Assembly: GCA_965277805.1 (NCBI GenBank)
Contig: OZ255842.1
Span: forward strand, 5,088,001 to 5,152,000
Source of the DNA: Candidatus Lustribacter sp.
GTDB lineage: Bacteria > Vulcanimicrobiota > Vulcanimicrobiia > Vulcanimicrobiales > Vulcanimicrobiaceae
Length of the DNA: 64,000 nucleotides
Reading direction: 5' to 3'
Shown: positions 17,857 to 28,431 of the stretch, in pieces
How the letters are laid out: each line of letters starts with the position of its first letter
Position numbering within the stretch: position 1 is the stretch's first letter
The notes under the pieces: model-generated
What the model saw: the letters and a program-made list of their open reading frames with translations, nothing else
Database searches by the model: none
Told to the model about the DNA's origin: nothing
Made by a program: the position numbers and the translations under genes

Positions 17857-17932
17857 TGGTGGAGGTGAGGAGACTCGAACTCCTGACCCCTTACATGCGA
17901 AGCAAGTGCTCTACCAGCTGAGCTACACCCCC
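17857..17932 (-). tRNA. tRNA-Ala (anticodon CGC)
   Basis: GGGGGTG/CACCTCC acceptor stem with G3:U70, D-loop, anticodon loop TTCGCAT, TTCGA T-loop, encoded CCA; 76 nt. Confidence 0.97.
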
Positions 17933-17946
17933 ACGGGCCGACGGCG

Positions 17947-17975
17947 ATTATACGGGTGTGGTTCGGCCCTGTCAA
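17947..17975 (-). promoter_or_regulatory. Consensus sigma70 promoter of tRNA-Ala
   Basis: TTGACA (17970-17975) - 17 nt - TATAAT (17947-17952) on the minus strand. Confidence 0.9.
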
Positions 17976-18051
17976 AGGCCGGGGTCGCACCCGGGCGCAG
18001 CCCCCTACATCCGGGGAGGGGCGACGGGGTACCTCCCGATACCAATGCTTC

Positions 18052-18825
18052 ATGAAGGCTGAAGCGGCGCTCGCGTCCACGGCGCAGGTCGCGGTCGACG
18101 TCCAAGGGGTCGTCGTCCGGTACAACCGCGTGCTTGCTTTGGACGGCGTCTCGCTGTGCGTGGAGCGCGGTACGGCCCTCGGGATCGTGGGGCCAAATGG
18201 TTCCGGGAAGTCGACCCTCCTTAAGACCGTGGCCGGGCTGATCCAGCCCGATGCCGGCACGGTGCGGGTGTTCGGCGATGCGCCGAAGATGCTGCGGCCC
18301 GGCGCGATCGGCTACGTGCCGCAGATCGAAGAGGTGGACTTCAGCTTTCCGGTCAGCGTGCGCGACGTGGTCTCGATGGGGCGTTACCCGCGGCTTGGAC
18401 CGTTTGCGTCGTTCCGCGCCGCCGATAAGCGTGCGGTCGACGATGCGATCGCCGCACTCGATCTCGGCGCGTTTGCCAATCGGCACATCGCCGAGCTTTC
18501 GGGTGGCCAGCAGCAACGCGTGTTCGTCGCGCGCGCGATCGCGCAAGCGCCGGACCTGTTGCTGCTCGACGAGCCGACGACCGGGGTGGACGCGGCAACG
18601 GAAGATGCGCTGCTGCACATCGTGCGCGACCTCGTGGCGGGCGGCATGCCGGTGCTGATGACCACGCACGATCTCGATCGCGCCGCCGACTGGTTCGACC
18701 GGCTCGTCGTCGTGGATCATCGCGTGCTCGCCGACGGTGATCCGCAAGCGGTACTGAATTCGGGCGCGTATGCGTCGATTCGCGAACATACGCACACGCA
18801 CGGCCACGTGCGGAGCGACTCGTGA
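18052..18825 (+). CDS. Zn/Mn ABC transporter ATP-binding protein (ZnuC-like)
   Basis: GPNGSGKST, GYVPQ, LSGGQQQR, LLDEP, His-rich C-terminus. Confidence 0.9.
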   Translation: MKAEAALASTAQVAVDVQGVVVRYNRVLALDGVSLCVERGTALGIVGPNGSGKSTLLKTVAGLIQPDAGTVRVFGDAPKMLRPGAIGYVPQIEEVDFSFPVSVRDVVSMGRYPRLGPFASFRAADKRAVDDAIAALDLGAFANRHIAELSGGQQQRVFVARAIAQAPDLLLLDEPTTGVDAATEDALLHIVRDLVAGGMPVLMTTHDLDRAADWFDRLVVVDHRVLADGDPQAVLNSGAYASIREHTHTHGHVRSDS

Positions 18826-19100
18826 GCGAGGAAGATACCAGCTGGGACGACCGTCTGCGTGCCGTGCTCACCAATGAATGGCAGAGTTCGGACCATCTTG
18901 CGGCGCGGCTTCACGCCAAGCCCTTCACCGTGCTCGCACGACTCAAAGACATGATGCGCCGCAACCTCGTCGAGCGGCGGCTGGTCAGCAAGTCGCAGCC
19001 GATTCCATCGGGTAAGGGACGCGTCGGTAAAGCCACGCAGGTCGCGCAGTTCCGCCGTATGCCGATCGGCCCGGCGACGTCCGACACAAGCGAAAAATAG
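18822..19100 (+). CDS. Small winged-helix DNA-binding-like protein
   Basis: S..LA.RL......V..RL..M....LVER pattern; GTGA-coupled. Confidence 0.55.
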   Translation: MSEEDTSWDDRLRAVLTNEWQSSDHLAARLHAKPFTVLARLKDMMRRNLVERRLVSKSQPIPSGKGRVGKATQVAQFRRMPIGPATSDTSEK

Positions 19101-19108
19101 TTCGCGGA

Positions 19109-20578
19109 ATGGATTCGCCTCTCGGGCTCGCGCGCGAGCTCTGGCGGAGCGGCGATCGTTTTGCCGCGCTCGGTGCGGCCCGCAAAGCCGTGGAGCTGGC
19201 GCCGCGCGATGCGCACGCCCAAGTGGTATTTGCGGTCATTCAACGGCAGATTGGCTACGTTGACGGAGCCGTTCTCGCGCTCGAAGCTGCGTGCGCGCTC
19301 GTGCCTGACGATGCGGAGATGTTACGCATGCTCTCCGACGTGTATCGGCGCGCGCGGCGCGTGCCCGAGGCGTTGCATGCGGCGGAACGCGCGCTCGAAC
19401 GCGACCCATCGCTCGCGAGTTCCGTATGCCTCGGCTATGCGCAGCTGGCGAACGGCGCGCTAGCCGAAGCGGAAGCGACGTTTCGCGCGATCCTCGCCGG
19501 CGCCGGCTCCGATGCGCGCGGATGGTTCGGCCTGGCGCGCGTTGCGGGCGCACGCGCCGATTGGCCTGCGGCGTTGGCTGCGCTCGAACGCGCCCGCGAA
19601 CGTGCGCCGAGCGACCCCGACGTGCGCTATGCGCTCGCGATCATGCACTTGCGCTTCGGCCGTTACGCCGAAGGGTTCGCTGCGTATCCCGCGATTATGG
19701 ATACCGACTCCGACGGCGCGCGGTACTTCTATCACTACCAAGGCGTGCCGCGCTGGAACGGCGAGGCGCTCAACGGGCGGCGTCTCGTCATCGCGGCGGA
19801 TCAGGGTCTCGGCGATCACATCATGATGTCACGCTTCTTCGCGGCCTTGCCGGCCGGCTCGCCGCCGCCCATCGTCGAGACTCCACCCGCGCTGGTCGCG
19901 CTTTTCCGGCAGAACTTCCCGGACGTGCGCTTCGCAGAGTTCACGCATTGGCAGCCGGCGGCAACGTGGGACGTACAGCTTCCGGTCACGCAGCTTCCGT
20001 GCGTGAACGGGATCGCGAGCGCGGCCGACATTCCGGGTGCCGCGTACTTACACGCCGACCCGCGTTTAGTCGACGCGTGGCGCGACCGGCTCGGCGCGGA
20101 CGGCCACGTGCGGCACATCGGCATCGTGTGGCACGGCAACGCGCAAAACACGCGCGATCGCTGGCGCGCCGCACCGCTGCGCTTCTGGGAGCCGCTGGCA
20201 GCCGTGCCCGGCGCGCGGTTCCATTCGCTGCAGCTCGATGCGGATGACGCGGACATCGCAACGGCGCCCTTTGCGCTCGCCCCGGCGCACCGGCTGCTGG
20301 GCGACATGAACGACACGGCCGCGGTGATGACCGCGCTCGATGCGGTGATCAGCGTCGATACGTCGACGCTGCACCTGGCCGGCGCGCTCGGACGGCCGGC
20401 CTGGTTACCAAATCCGCTGGTGAGCGATTACCGCTGGCGCATCGACGGCGCCGAAACGCCGTGGTACGACAGCGTCCGCATCATCCGTCAAACGGCGGCC
20501 GACGATTGGACGCCCGTGTTCCGTACGATCGCCGCTGAGTTGAGCGCGTTCACTTCGCGAGAATATCCGGGTCGATGA
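19109..20578 (+). CDS. TPR-repeat + glycosyltransferase family 9-like protein
   Basis: N-terminal TPRs; DQGLGD, GIVW.G, D.VISVDTS..HLAGALG, PWY. Confidence 0.85.
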   Translation: MDSPLGLARELWRSGDRFAALGAARKAVELAPRDAHAQVVFAVIQRQIGYVDGAVLALEAACALVPDDAEMLRMLSDVYRRARRVPEALHAAERALERDPSLASSVCLGYAQLANGALAEAEATFRAILAGAGSDARGWFGLARVAGARADWPAALAALERARERAPSDPDVRYALAIMHLRFGRYAEGFAAYPAIMDTDSDGARYFYHYQGVPRWNGEALNGRRLVIAADQGLGDHIMMSRFFAALPAGSPPPIVETPPALVALFRQNFPDVRFAEFTHWQPAATWDVQLPVTQLPCVNGIASAADIPGAAYLHADPRLVDAWRDRLGADGHVRHIGIVWHGNAQNTRDRWRAAPLRFWEPLAAVPGARFHSLQLDADDADIATAPFALAPAHRLLGDMNDTAAVMTALDAVISVDTSTLHLAGALGRPAWLPNPLVSDYRWRIDGAETPWYDSVRIIRQTAADDWTPVFRTIAAELSAFTSREYPGR

Positions 20579-21527
20579 TCTCGGTCGCCGGGAACGCGCG
20601 GGCGATGAAGTTGTACTTCGCCATGGTGTTGATCAGCGGTTGAATTCCAGCCACGTAGACCGAGGTGCCGTTGGTGACGCGCGGCATCCGGTCGATCGTC
20701 GCTTGCGGGATGCCCGAGTAGGCGGCGAGCATCGGCGCCGTTTCTTTCGGATGGGCGTTGGTGTACTTCGCGGCGGCCGCAACCACGCGCGCGAACGTCT
20801 TCACCACGTCGGGATGCTTCAAGGCATAGTCTTTCGTCGTGAACCAGACCGAGAAGATGAACTCTTTGCCGAACGTGTTGTACGCCGGGATGAGGCGCAC
20901 GTTGCCGGTGTCGAGCGCAGCTTGCGCGGGCGGAAAGGATGCTTCGCCGGCCACGACGCGGTTGGCCTCGACGGCCGCGTATGATGCGGACATCGGCAGC
21001 TCGACGAACTGCAGCTTCGCGGATTTCCAATCGCCGCCCGCTTCGTCGATCTCTTTGTACACCGCGAGTTGTCCGAGATCGTGGATGAAGCTCACCGCGG
21101 TCGCGCCGCCGACGCCGAGATCCTTGACCGATTTGATCGGCGAGTTGACCGGCACGAGAAAACCGACGTAGGGTTTGCTGCTCTGGTACATCGCGCCGGT
21201 TGCGATGATCCAGAACGGTACGTTGTGCAGATACGCATCGAAGATCGGCGTGATGCTCGACTTCCCGATGTCGTACGAACCCGACGTGACGGCGGTTGCG
21301 ATCGCGGAGCCGTTCGGTGAAGATTTGTCGAGCTGCACGTCGAGCCCGGCATCTTTGAACATCCCGGTTTGCTGCGCATACAGCACCGACATCATATCGT
21401 CATTCGGCAACACGCCGACCCGGACGACTTGCAGATCGGCCGTTCTCGCAGGCCCGGCAAAGAGCACGAGCGCGAACACGAACGGAACGAGGCGGGCGAG
21501 GGCGCGAAGGGACAAGGTCATCGTCAA
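20550..21527 (-). CDS. NMT1/TauA/SsuA-family ABC substrate-binding protein
   Basis: Signal peptide; G.FKDAGLDV, A..SG.YDI patterns. Confidence 0.8.
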   Translation of the reverse strand: MTMTLSLRALARLVPFVFALVLFAGPARTADLQVVRVGVLPNDDMMSVLYAQQTGMFKDAGLDVQLDKSSPNGSAIATAVTSGSYDIGKSSITPIFDAYLHNVPFWIIATGAMYQSSKPYVGFLVPVNSPIKSVKDLGVGGATAVSFIHDLGQLAVYKEIDEAGGDWKSAKLQFVELPMSASYAAVEANRVVAGEASFPPAQAALDTGNVRLIPAYNTFGKEFIFSVWFTTKDYALKHPDVVKTFARVVAAAAKYTNAHPKETAPMLAAYSGIPQATIDRMPRVTNGTSVYVAGIQPLINTMAKYNFIARAFPATEIIDPDILAK

Positions 21528-21545
21528 ACTCCTCGGGTGATTCAG

Positions 21546-22988
21546 CTAGATGGCCGGATCGTCGTCTGCGGCGTGCAGGACGCGGTAGCGTCCGTCGGCG
21601 CGCGGGGCGAGAAAGCCCCATTCGGCCAGGGCAAAGAAGACTTCGCTCGTGAGCGAGCGCTCGTGTTTGTTCGGCATCCCTGCCCAGCGCATTGCCGCCT
21701 CACCGACATCGATCACGTTGTCGACGATCAAGAGCGAGCGCACGAAGTCGGTGGTGAGCTTCGCGCGTTCCATGCGCCGCGAGAGCGACTCGAGCGCCGC
21801 ATCGAACGACGACCCCGTCATCGGCGGTTCCACGTCGTGATGGGCGGTGGGCTCGGATGCCGCAAACGCTTCATCGTCATCTTGTTCGTCGAGCACCGGC
21901 GCTGGCGGCGGAGCAGCCTCTTCGAAATCCGCTTCGGGCGGTTCGTACTGCCAACGCGTGGGCGGCAGCGGAGCGCGTTCGGCTTCGTCGGGCAAGAACT
22001 CGACGGCTGCCGGTGTGGGCGGCACAACGAAGCGCTGCTGCGGTTCGATTGCCGGCGCGGGCGCGGGGGGCGGCGGTGCGGGTGCCGCGGCGACGGGCAG
22101 CGGAATGATCTCCGGTTCCGGTTCGATTTCCGGCAGCAACGGCAACGGTCGCGCGCTCGGCAACGCGATCCTCTCACCGCGGCCGTTGTTGTCGCGCTGC
22201 ATCTCGATCTTCGCGATCGACGGTCCCGCGCCGACGAGTTGCGGATTGCGTTCCAGCACAACTTCGGCGATTTGCGGAAACACTTCCGCCAGCGCGACGG
22301 CGGCGGTTTGCAGCGGCGTGACGTTGAGCACGCGCGGGCGCGTCATGATTGCGAGCAAGATCTTGCGCGCGACGAGTTCGGGCGACACCATCGTGTCGCG
22401 CCGCGCACCGGGCATGCCGGCCCGCGTCATGAAGCCGGTATCCACCGCACCCGGATCGACGTACGTCACCGCGATGTCGAGCGCGACGAGTTCGCGGCGC
22501 AAGATCGACGTGGCGCTGCGCAACGCTGCCTTCGACGGCGGATACGCGCCCATGCCCGCCACCGGAACGCGTGCGACGCCGCTGCCGACCATGAATACGT
22601 GGCCGCGTGAGGCGCGCAATGTGGGCATTGCCTCGCGCGTCAACGCGAGCGGTCCGAGCACGTGCGTTCCGAACTGCGCGAGCAGCGCGGCATCGCTTTG
22701 CATCGCGATCGGACCGCTGGCTGCTGCGCCGGCGTTGTTCACCAGCACGTCGATGTGACCGTAGGCGCCGACCGCGCGGCCGATCAAGCCGGGCGCGTTG
22801 GCGGGATCGCTGATGTCGGTGACGTCGGTGGCGATCGTTCCGCCCTCTTCGCCGATCTGGCCCGCCAGCGCCGCAAGCGCCCGGAGGTTGCGGCCTACGG
22901 CGTAGACGGCGTAGCCGGCGCGTGCCGCCTGTACCGCGAGTGCACGGCCGATACCCGAGGATGCGCCGGTGATCAGGATCGTCTTCAA
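21546..22988 (-). CDS. SDR oxidoreductase with Pro/acidic linker and extra C-terminal domain
   Basis: TGASSGIG, NNAG, YxxSK; ~230-aa extension. Confidence 0.85.
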   Translation of the reverse strand: MKTILITGASSGIGRALAVQAARAGYAVYAVGRNLRALAALAGQIGEEGGTIATDVTDISDPANAPGLIGRAVGAYGHIDVLVNNAGAAASGPIAMQSDAALLAQFGTHVLGPLALTREAMPTLRASRGHVFMVGSGVARVPVAGMGAYPPSKAALRSATSILRRELVALDIAVTYVDPGAVDTGFMTRAGMPGARRDTMVSPELVARKILLAIMTRPRVLNVTPLQTAAVALAEVFPQIAEVVLERNPQLVGAGPSIAKIEMQRDNNGRGERIALPSARPLPLLPEIEPEPEIIPLPVAAAPAPPPPAPAPAIEPQQRFVVPPTPAAVEFLPDEAERAPLPPTRWQYEPPEADFEEAAPPPAPVLDEQDDDEAFAASEPTAHHDVEPPMTGSSFDAALESLSRRMERAKLTTDFVRSLLIVDNVIDVGEAAMRWAGMPNKHERSLTSEVFFALAEWGFLAPRADGRYRVLHAADDDPAI

Positions 22989-24151
22989 AGATGGAACTCC
23001 AGAAATCGCGCGTAGGCGTCGTAGGTCGTGTTGGGGAGCCCGGCATAGTATGCCGGCTCGAAGATGGTGGGATCGTGGGGTTCGACGACGCTGCGCGCTT
23101 CCCGCGCGAAAACCGAAAGGGCCGTGGCGACGGGCTTCGTCGTGCCGTCGGACCGGACGATGCCGAAGGTCAGTTCGTGCGGCGCACGGTCGAACGGCGG
23201 CGTGGAGCGGAGGTCATCGTGGTAGTCGGCCCAGCACCACCAGTAGGCGCCTAAGCGGCCCTGCGCGTGCAGCCGTTCGAGCACCGCTCGCGCGTACGTC
23301 GCCATTTCGGTCTCATCCAAGCAAGCGAATTCCGAGCCGGCGATCTGCCCTTCGGGCGGGCACGTGGGGTTGCCGAACTCGCTGAAGAGCACGGGCTTGC
23401 CCGAAAGCGATGCGGTGAGTGCCGCCAGGAACGGCACGACGTCGGGGTCGGTGCGGCTGCGCGCGAATTCGCTATAGACCGAGTAGCCGTGCATCGTCGC
23501 GAACGCCCACGGTTCGGCGATCGTCGACGGCCGGATGTTGCGGTTGAACGTGAGGTCCTCGCCGTGGATGCCGCCGGTCACCGGATGCCCCGAGGTCGAC
23601 AGCAGATCGTCGGTGAGCCGTTTGCTCCACTCGCGCGCCAGCGTCGCCGACGCAGGCTCGCGGACGTTGCTGAACTCGTTGCCCAGATCCCACGCCAGCA
23701 CCGACGGATGCCCGCGCAGGGCGGCGCCGGCTTCGCGCACGTGCAGGCGCTGCGCCTGGAGCAGGTAGCCTGAATAGAGGTCGCCGCAGCCGTAGGGCGA
23801 CTCGCCGGTCTCGGTGATGGTGCGGAAGCGGCCGCTCGGGCGCGACGCGTCGAGCGTCCACGAAGGCAGCCAGTTCACGCCGCTCATGTGGCCGCAGAAG
23901 AGCGTCGGCATCGCGCGCAAGCCGGCGGCGGCGATCAGTTCCATCACGCGCTCGAGGCGCGCGAGCATCGTGCGATCCATCCGGTGCTGCTCGGGCTGGA
24001 AATCGGCCCAGCGCAGGAAGAAGCGCACCGCATCGAAGCCCAGCGTCGCGAGGCGCGCCATGTCGTCGGCGATTTCCCCCGGATCGAAGCGCTGCCACAT
24101 GTGCATCGCGCTCTTGCGCGGCCAGTAGTTGATCCCGAGGGAAAATCGCAT
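22985..24151 (-). CDS. Clan GH-A glycoside hydrolase (GH5-like)
   Basis: GINYWP, W.LGNE acid/base motif, HGY, FSEFG nucleophile. Confidence 0.8.
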   Translation of the reverse strand: MRFSLGINYWPRKSAMHMWQRFDPGEIADDMARLATLGFDAVRFFLRWADFQPEQHRMDRTMLARLERVMELIAAAGLRAMPTLFCGHMSGVNWLPSWTLDASRPSGRFRTITETGESPYGCGDLYSGYLLQAQRLHVREAGAALRGHPSVLAWDLGNEFSNVREPASATLAREWSKRLTDDLLSTSGHPVTGGIHGEDLTFNRNIRPSTIAEPWAFATMHGYSVYSEFARSRTDPDVVPFLAALTASLSGKPVLFSEFGNPTCPPEGQIAGSEFACLDETEMATYARAVLERLHAQGRLGAYWWCWADYHDDLRSTPPFDRAPHELTFGIVRSDGTTKPVATALSVFAREARSVVEPHDPTIFEPAYYAGLPNTTYDAYARFLEFHL

Positions 24152-24209
24152 CCAGCGCGCGCGTTTCGCAGTCGAGGGTGAGACTTCCGGTGAGCCGAAG
24201 GCGAGCGTG

Positions 24210-24682
<473 letters not shown>

Positions 24683-24686
<4 letters not shown>

Positions 24687-25828
24687 TCCGCACGATCGGC
24701 ATTCTTGGGGGCGGACAGCTCGGCCGGATGCTTACGCTGGAAGCGAAGCGCATGGGCTATCGCGTCGTCACGCTCGAACCGTTTCCCGATTCGCCGACCG
24801 GACAGATCGCCGACGAACAGCTCGTGGCGGCGTACGACGACCTGCGCGCGATCGGCGAACTCGGCGCGCGCAGCGACATCGTCACCTACGAGTTCGAGAA
24901 CATCCCGCTCGAATCGGTGCTGGCGCTCGAGGCCGACCGGCGGCTGGTCGACCCGAACGCCGCGGTACTGCGCATCACGCAAGAACGCATTCTCGAGAAG
25001 ACGTTCGTGCGCGAGTGCGGGATCCCGACGGCGGAGTTCGCCCCGGTGCGCGACCGCGCGGAGTTCGATGGGGCGCTGGCAACGATCGGGTTTCCGGGCG
25101 TGTTGAAGACGGCGATGGGCGGCTACGACGGCAAAGGCCAGTGGGTCGTGCGCGATCGCGCTGCCGCCGAAGCAGCGTTTGCGGAAGCCGCGGGGGCGGC
25201 GCTGATCTGGGAGCAGCTCATCGCGTTCGACCGCGAGCTCTCGATCATCGCCACGCGCGATGAAGGCGGCGACGTCGTATCCTTCCCCGTCTCGGAAAAC
25301 GTGCACGATCACGGCGTGCTCGCGATGACGATCGTGCCGGGCCGCGTGCCGCCCGAGATCGCCGAACGCGCGCACGGCTATGCGAAGACGATCGCAACGC
25401 AACTGCGCATCGTCGGCACGTTTTGCGTGGAATTCTTTCAGGCGGGTGATACGCTGCTGGTGAACGAGATCGCGCCGCGCGTGCACAACAGCGGCCACTA
25501 CTCGCTCGACGCGACGCAGATCTCGCAGTACGAACTGCACGTGCGCGCGATCTGCGGGCTGCCGCTCGTCACGCCGAAGCTGTTCGCGCCGGCCGTGATG
25601 GTGAACATCCTCGGCACGGGCGAAGGCAATCAGCTCGAAGGCGTGCGCGAGATTCTGCGCGATCCCGGCCTCAAGCTGCACGTGTACGGCAAAGCGAATG
25701 CTGCTTTGCGGCGGAAGATGGCGCACTTCACCGTGCTCGGCGAATCGATCGACGACGCGATCGCGCGCGCCGATCGCGCCCGCGCCGCATTGCACTGGGC
25801 CGACGACCGCGTCACGAGCCGGACCTGA
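24683..25828 (+). CDS. purK: N5-CAIR synthase
   Basis: [32 protein letters not shown]. Confidence 0.97.
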
Positions 25829-25831
25829 GGC

Positions 25832-26626
25832 GTGGACCGCGATCGCGCCGCGGCCTACTGGGAAGCCAATGCCGCGACCTGGACGGAACTCTCGCGCGCC
25901 GGCTACGACGTCTATCGCGACCATAACAATACGCCGGGCTTTCTTGCAATGTTGCCGTCCATCGAAGGCCTAGCGGGACTGGATATCGGCTGCGGTGAGG
26001 GAACCAACACGCGCGCGGTCGCGCGGCTCGGAGCGCGCATGCACGCAATCGACGTCGCGCCGACGTTTGTGGCGCACGCCCGGGCGAGCGAAGAGCTCGA
26101 ACCGTTGGGGATCACCTACGCGATCGCCGACGCGCAGGCGCTGCCGTTCCCGGATGGCCGGTTCGATTTCGCCACCGCGTTCATGTCGCTGATGGACGTT
26201 CCCGATACGCGCGCGGCACTCACCGAAGCGTACCGCGTCTTGCGCGGCGGCGGGTTTCTCCAGTTCTCCATCATGCATCCGTGCTTCGCACCGCCGTACC
26301 GGCGTGTCGTTCGCGACGCCGGCGGAACGGCGCGCGCGATCGAAGTCGGGCGCTACTACGAGCATGCCGACGGTGAAGTGGAGCACTGGACGTTTTCAGC
26401 TGCGCCCGCAGCCGTGCAGTCGCGCGTGACGCCGTTTGCGACGCCGGTTTTCCATCGCACGCTCTCCGAGTGGCTCAACGCGGTGATTGAAACCGGCTTT
26501 ATCGTGGAACGTATCGGAGAGCCCTCGGTTGATGAGGCGACCGCATTGCGCGTGCCGGCAGTGGCCGATACGCGAATAGCGCCGCTCTTTCTTCACGTCC
26601 GCGGGCGTAAGGGTGTGCCGCCGTGA
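25832..26626 (+). CDS. Class I SAM-dependent methyltransferase
   Basis: LDIGCGEG, LPF.D..FD. Confidence 0.9.
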   Translation: MDRDRAAAYWEANAATWTELSRAGYDVYRDHNNTPGFLAMLPSIEGLAGLDIGCGEGTNTRAVARLGARMHAIDVAPTFVAHARASEELEPLGITYAIADAQALPFPDGRFDFATAFMSLMDVPDTRAALTEAYRVLRGGGFLQFSIMHPCFAPPYRRVVRDAGGTARAIEVGRYYEHADGEVEHWTFSAAPAAVQSRVTPFATPVFHRTLSEWLNAVIETGFIVERIGEPSVDEATALRVPAVADTRIAPLFLHVRGRKGVPP

Positions 26627-26964
26627 TCAGCGCGTTCGTCAAAGCCGTTGCCGCCATCATCATCGCCTATTTGATCGCGGTGAGTTCGGTCGCGGATTTT
26701 CTCGCGCATCAGTGCGGCAGCTTTTGGTTCAACGACACCTTTCTGCTGAGCGCGAGCACCGCGTCACTCGCGTTCTTCGGGATCTTCGGCGTCGTGGTGT
26801 TTCTGATTTGCATGATCCGGCCGGTCGGCGCAACGGCCCACTGGATGTTCTGGATCGCCTTTGCGGTTGCCGTGCTGATCGGCAACAGCCTGTACGCGAA
26901 TGCGGCGCCGGTAACCGCGATCAGCGCGACCGGCGATCCGGTACGGTGCGCCCTGCGCCGGTAG
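26623..26964 (+). CDS. Hypothetical membrane protein
   Basis: Three hydrophobic segments, GTGA-coupled. Confidence 0.55.
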   Translation: MISAFVKAVAAIIIAYLIAVSSVADFLAHQCGSFWFNDTFLLSASTASLAFFGIFGVVVFLICMIRPVGATAHWMFWIAFAVAVLIGNSLYANAAPVTAISATGDPVRCALRR

Positions 26965-26980
26965 CTCGAGGGAGGTTGCT

Positions 26981-27286
26981 GTGGCTCGATCGATCTTGTA
27001 CGTCGTGCACGTGAGAAATCAGAACCCGGGGCAATACTTGGCGCACATCGACGGGCACCGCGCGTGGATCAACAAACATGCCGAGGACGCGTTCGTGCTC
27101 TGCGGGCCGTTCGAGGATCGCTCCGCCGGCGGCATGATCATCGCGCAAGCCGAATCGCGCGAAGCCCTCGACCGCATCCTCGCCGAAGACCCGCTCGTCC
27201 ACTGCGGAGCGGCGATTCACGACGTCGCGGTCCTCGAAGTCGCCCGCGGTTACCTCGCCGGCTCGCTGCGGATGGTGAGTTCGTAG
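26981..27286 (+). CDS. YciI family protein
   Basis: H..W, GPF....GG.II, EDP. Confidence 0.75.
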   Translation: MARSILYVVHVRNQNPGQYLAHIDGHRAWINKHAEDAFVLCGPFEDRSAGGMIIAQAESREALDRILAEDPLVHCGAAIHDVAVLEVARGYLAGSLRMVSS

Positions 27287-28425
27287 GTTTGGATGCCGGC
27301 GTGGGGCGGGTCGTCGGTGTAGGCCATCGGGCGGTCCCACCAGTCGTGGCGGCGCGCCGCTAGGCGTTCGGGTGTTGGTGCGGGCGGGGTGCGCAGGTCG
27401 AGCGCGGTGCGGTAGGCGGCGAGGTAGCGATCGACCATGCGTTCCGTCGAGAACGTCGTCACGACGCGTTCGCGGCACGCGCTGCGCGAGAGCGACGCGA
27501 GTTGCGGCACGCGTGAAACGGCGTCGCCGGCCGTTGCGCACGTGAAGCCGGTGACGCCGTCGACCACGATCTCGGGAACGGAGCCCATGTCGGCGCCGAG
27601 TACCGGCGTGCCGCAGGCCATCGCTTCGATCAGCGTGAGGCCGAAGCGTTCGGGGCGCGTCGTCATGTGCACGAGGGCGAGCGCACCGCCCAGCAATTCG
27701 TCGCGCGCCGTCCCTTGCACGTGGCCGAGAAACTGCACCGCATCGCCATCGATGTGCGGTTCGATCTTCTCGCGAAAGTACGGCTCGTCGTGCGGGATGC
27801 CGGCCATCTTGAGGCGCACGCCCGCGCGCTTTGCGATCTCGATCGCCAGATGCGCACCCTTCTCCGGATGAAAGCGCGCAAAGAAGAGCAGATAGTCGCC
27901 GGCGCGTTCGCGGAACGTAAACGCATCGGGGTCGATGCCGTTGTAGGTGGTCGCTAGATAGTCGAGGCCGGGATCGCGGTCGGCGTCGCTGATCGAGCAG
28001 TAGAAGCTGCGCGTTGCGCCGGCATAGTACGCGGCGAGGATCGGTGGTGCAGAGAAACCGTGAATCGTCGTGATCATCGGCGGCGCCGTCGTCGCGAGCG
28101 CGTACGTCAGCGGCTTCCAATCGAAGTTGTTGTGGATGAGGTCGAACTCGGCCGCGCGTTCGAACAGCCGGCCGGTGTGCAGCGCGCCGTAGACGTCGCC
28201 GTTGAGCGTGGGATCTTCGCTCGTTCCGACCGGCACCACCGATGCAAGGCGGCCGGCGAACTGCGAGTCACCGGCCGCAAAGAGCGTTACGTCCAAACCG
28301 CGGCGGCGCATGCCGTCGGCGATGTTGTAGGCAACCTGTTCCCACGGACCATAGCCGGGCGGCGGCGCCGGCCACGAGATCGGCGCCAGCAGCGCGACGC
28401 GAACGCCGCGCAGCGATGAATCCAA
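27250..28425 (-). CDS. GT4 family glycosyltransferase
   Basis: PPPGYG..E, R..PEKG, E.FGL..IEAMACGTPV. Confidence 0.9.
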   Translation of the reverse strand: MDSSLRGVRVALLAPISWPAPPPGYGPWEQVAYNIADGMRRRGLDVTLFAAGDSQFAGRLASVVPVGTSEDPTLNGDVYGALHTGRLFERAAEFDLIHNNFDWKPLTYALATTAPPMITTIHGFSAPPILAAYYAGATRSFYCSISDADRDPGLDYLATTYNGIDPDAFTFRERAGDYLLFFARFHPEKGAHLAIEIAKRAGVRLKMAGIPHDEPYFREKIEPHIDGDAVQFLGHVQGTARDELLGGALALVHMTTRPERFGLTLIEAMACGTPVLGADMGSVPEIVVDGVTGFTCATAGDAVSRVPQLASLSRSACRERVVTTFSTERMVDRYLAAYRTALDLRTPPAPTPERLAARRHDWWDRPMAYTDDPPHAGIQTYELTIRSEPAR

Positions 28426-28431
28426 GCGCTG

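Noticed and set aside
17576-18260. ORFs 17576-18055 (+) and 17784-18260 (-) crossing the tRNA
   Set aside because: The first is only integrase-remnant read-through; the second is a shadow overlapping the tRNA and ABC ATPase
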